A stretch of DNA of 36,711 nucleotides from Thermoflexales bacterium (lineage in GTDB: Bacteria; Chloroflexota; Anaerolineae; B4-G1). The stretch is from the NCBI GenBank assembly GCA_007118795.1, contig SKQX01000244.1, forward strand, positions 1 through 36,711, written 5' to 3'. The number at the start of each line of letters is the position of its first letter. Position 1 is the first letter of the stretch. Positions 36,069 through 36,711 of the stretch are shown in pieces. A program made the translations under genes and the position numbers. Under the pieces are notes generated by a model. The model made no database searches. It saw only the letters and a list, made by a program, of their open reading frames with translations, and was not told where the DNA came from.

Positions 36069-36711
36069 AAATCCCTGCGCATGCGTAACTGCTTCATTGT
36101 CGTCTCCCTTGTATGATAGCCCGCTTACCTTATGACCGACGGCGCTGCCTGTCCGCAGGGCGGGGCCTGTCTGCCCTTGTCGAGGCGTCCAGATCGCCTT
36201 TCTATGCGCCGTTCGTTGCCCAACCTACTTCAACAGCTGTAGGGTGGCTCCCTGTTGCGTGTGTCCGAGAGATTCATTGGGCTAGGATATCTGTCAACAC
36301 CTCCTTACGATCCCGCCCCCGCGTTCGGGAGACAGTGCCCTGTGACGTATCTATGCTGCCGTGTCCGGGTCAGGTCACGCACCAGTACGAGCGCTGCCTT
36401 GCTCCGCCGCCTGGGACACTGGGCTTCAGCGCGAGGTCACGCCGACCAGGACGCGGCAGGCTGAGTGGCAGGACAGCCCTTCGCGCGCGGCGTGACGGCC
36501 GGAGCATACGCATTTCTTGGTCGTTGTCAACTGAGAGGTCTGCGGTATTCACCACATCCGATGGGATTCACGAATGGCTGGGATTAGCTGGGAATGGGGT
36601 CAGCGGGTTGCCGGTCGGGTTCAAACGGGTTGGCGCGCTGCCGACGACCGAGATTCCTCCTCGCTGACGCTCCTACCTAGAAAATAGACATGTTGCTGAT
36701 CAGGCTCGCGC

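Noticed and set aside
36121-36180. A second SARP-type repeat upstream of the small secreted-protein gene
   Set aside because: CAGACAGG and CGGACAGG recur on the minus strand. However, they are 18 nt apart (not 11 or 22), lie more than 30 nt from the TATCAT -10 candidate and differ from the AGAGACT heptamer.
36113-36667. 184-aa plus-strand ORF at the right end of the window
   Set aside because: The translation is Arg/Ser/Pro-rich without motifs. The region is more likely the upstream non-coding DNA of the 36097 gene, and I cannot support any gene there.
1-36711. CRISPR arrays, rRNA genes, intact IS elements and known defence gene signatures
   Set aside because: I saw no regularly spaced repeats of 25-40 bp, no rRNA-like conserved blocks and no DDE/HUH transposase motifs. 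The only recombinase-like sequence is the decayed fragment at 2441-2830.

Overview
This is a GC-rich (by eye about 60-65% GC) bacterial chromosomal segment. It is densely coding and carries many long spurious antisense ORFs, as expected at this GC content.

Most of the window is ordinary housekeeping:
- lon with a stand-alone receiver gene, and rpmB
- an Asp23 / DAK2 (YloV/FakA-like) / DegV / recG / coaD block
- rpmF-fabD-fabG, and a second Asp23 gene followed by nusB
- tRNA-Arg(ACG), gatC-gatA and galU

Gene order, GGAGG-type Shine-Dalgarno (SD) sites and frequent GTG/TTG starts fit a Chloroflexota- or Firmicutes-like lineage. I cannot assign taxonomy from the sequence alone.

Three stretches are less ordinary.
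1. 1.07-3.11 kb: a diverged duplicate of the aldo-keto reductase 5' region, fused to a fragment of the receiver gene. It brackets a 1.7-kb insert carrying an excisionase-type HTH gene, a membrane ORF and a decayed serine recombinase. I read this as the relic of an integrative element.
2. 18.9-25.4 kb: a soluble GAF/PAS histidine kinase co-oriented with a CpXC zinc-ribbon repeat protein. A divergent intergenic region follows, with promoter-like sites, a 40-codon short ORF (sORF) and a MITE-like inverted-repeat element. Then come a ParB/sulfiredoxin-like gene and a B12-binding radical SAM gene that appears to have its own promoter, long leader and terminator.
3. 28.2-36.7 kb (best candidate for something undescribed): a SARP(BTAD)-TPR regulator with a second, C-terminal HTH. 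It is flanked by two signal-peptide proteins that both end in F-L-P-L-[IV]-x-R. A SARP-style heptamer direct repeat (AGAGACT-N4-AGAGACT) sits 7 nt upstream of a -10 hexamer in front of the beta-helix gene. The small flanking gene also has an apparent homopolymer frameshift.

I saw no CRISPR array, rRNA, intact transposase or recognisable defence gene. All functional calls rest on motifs read by eye; no database search was possible.
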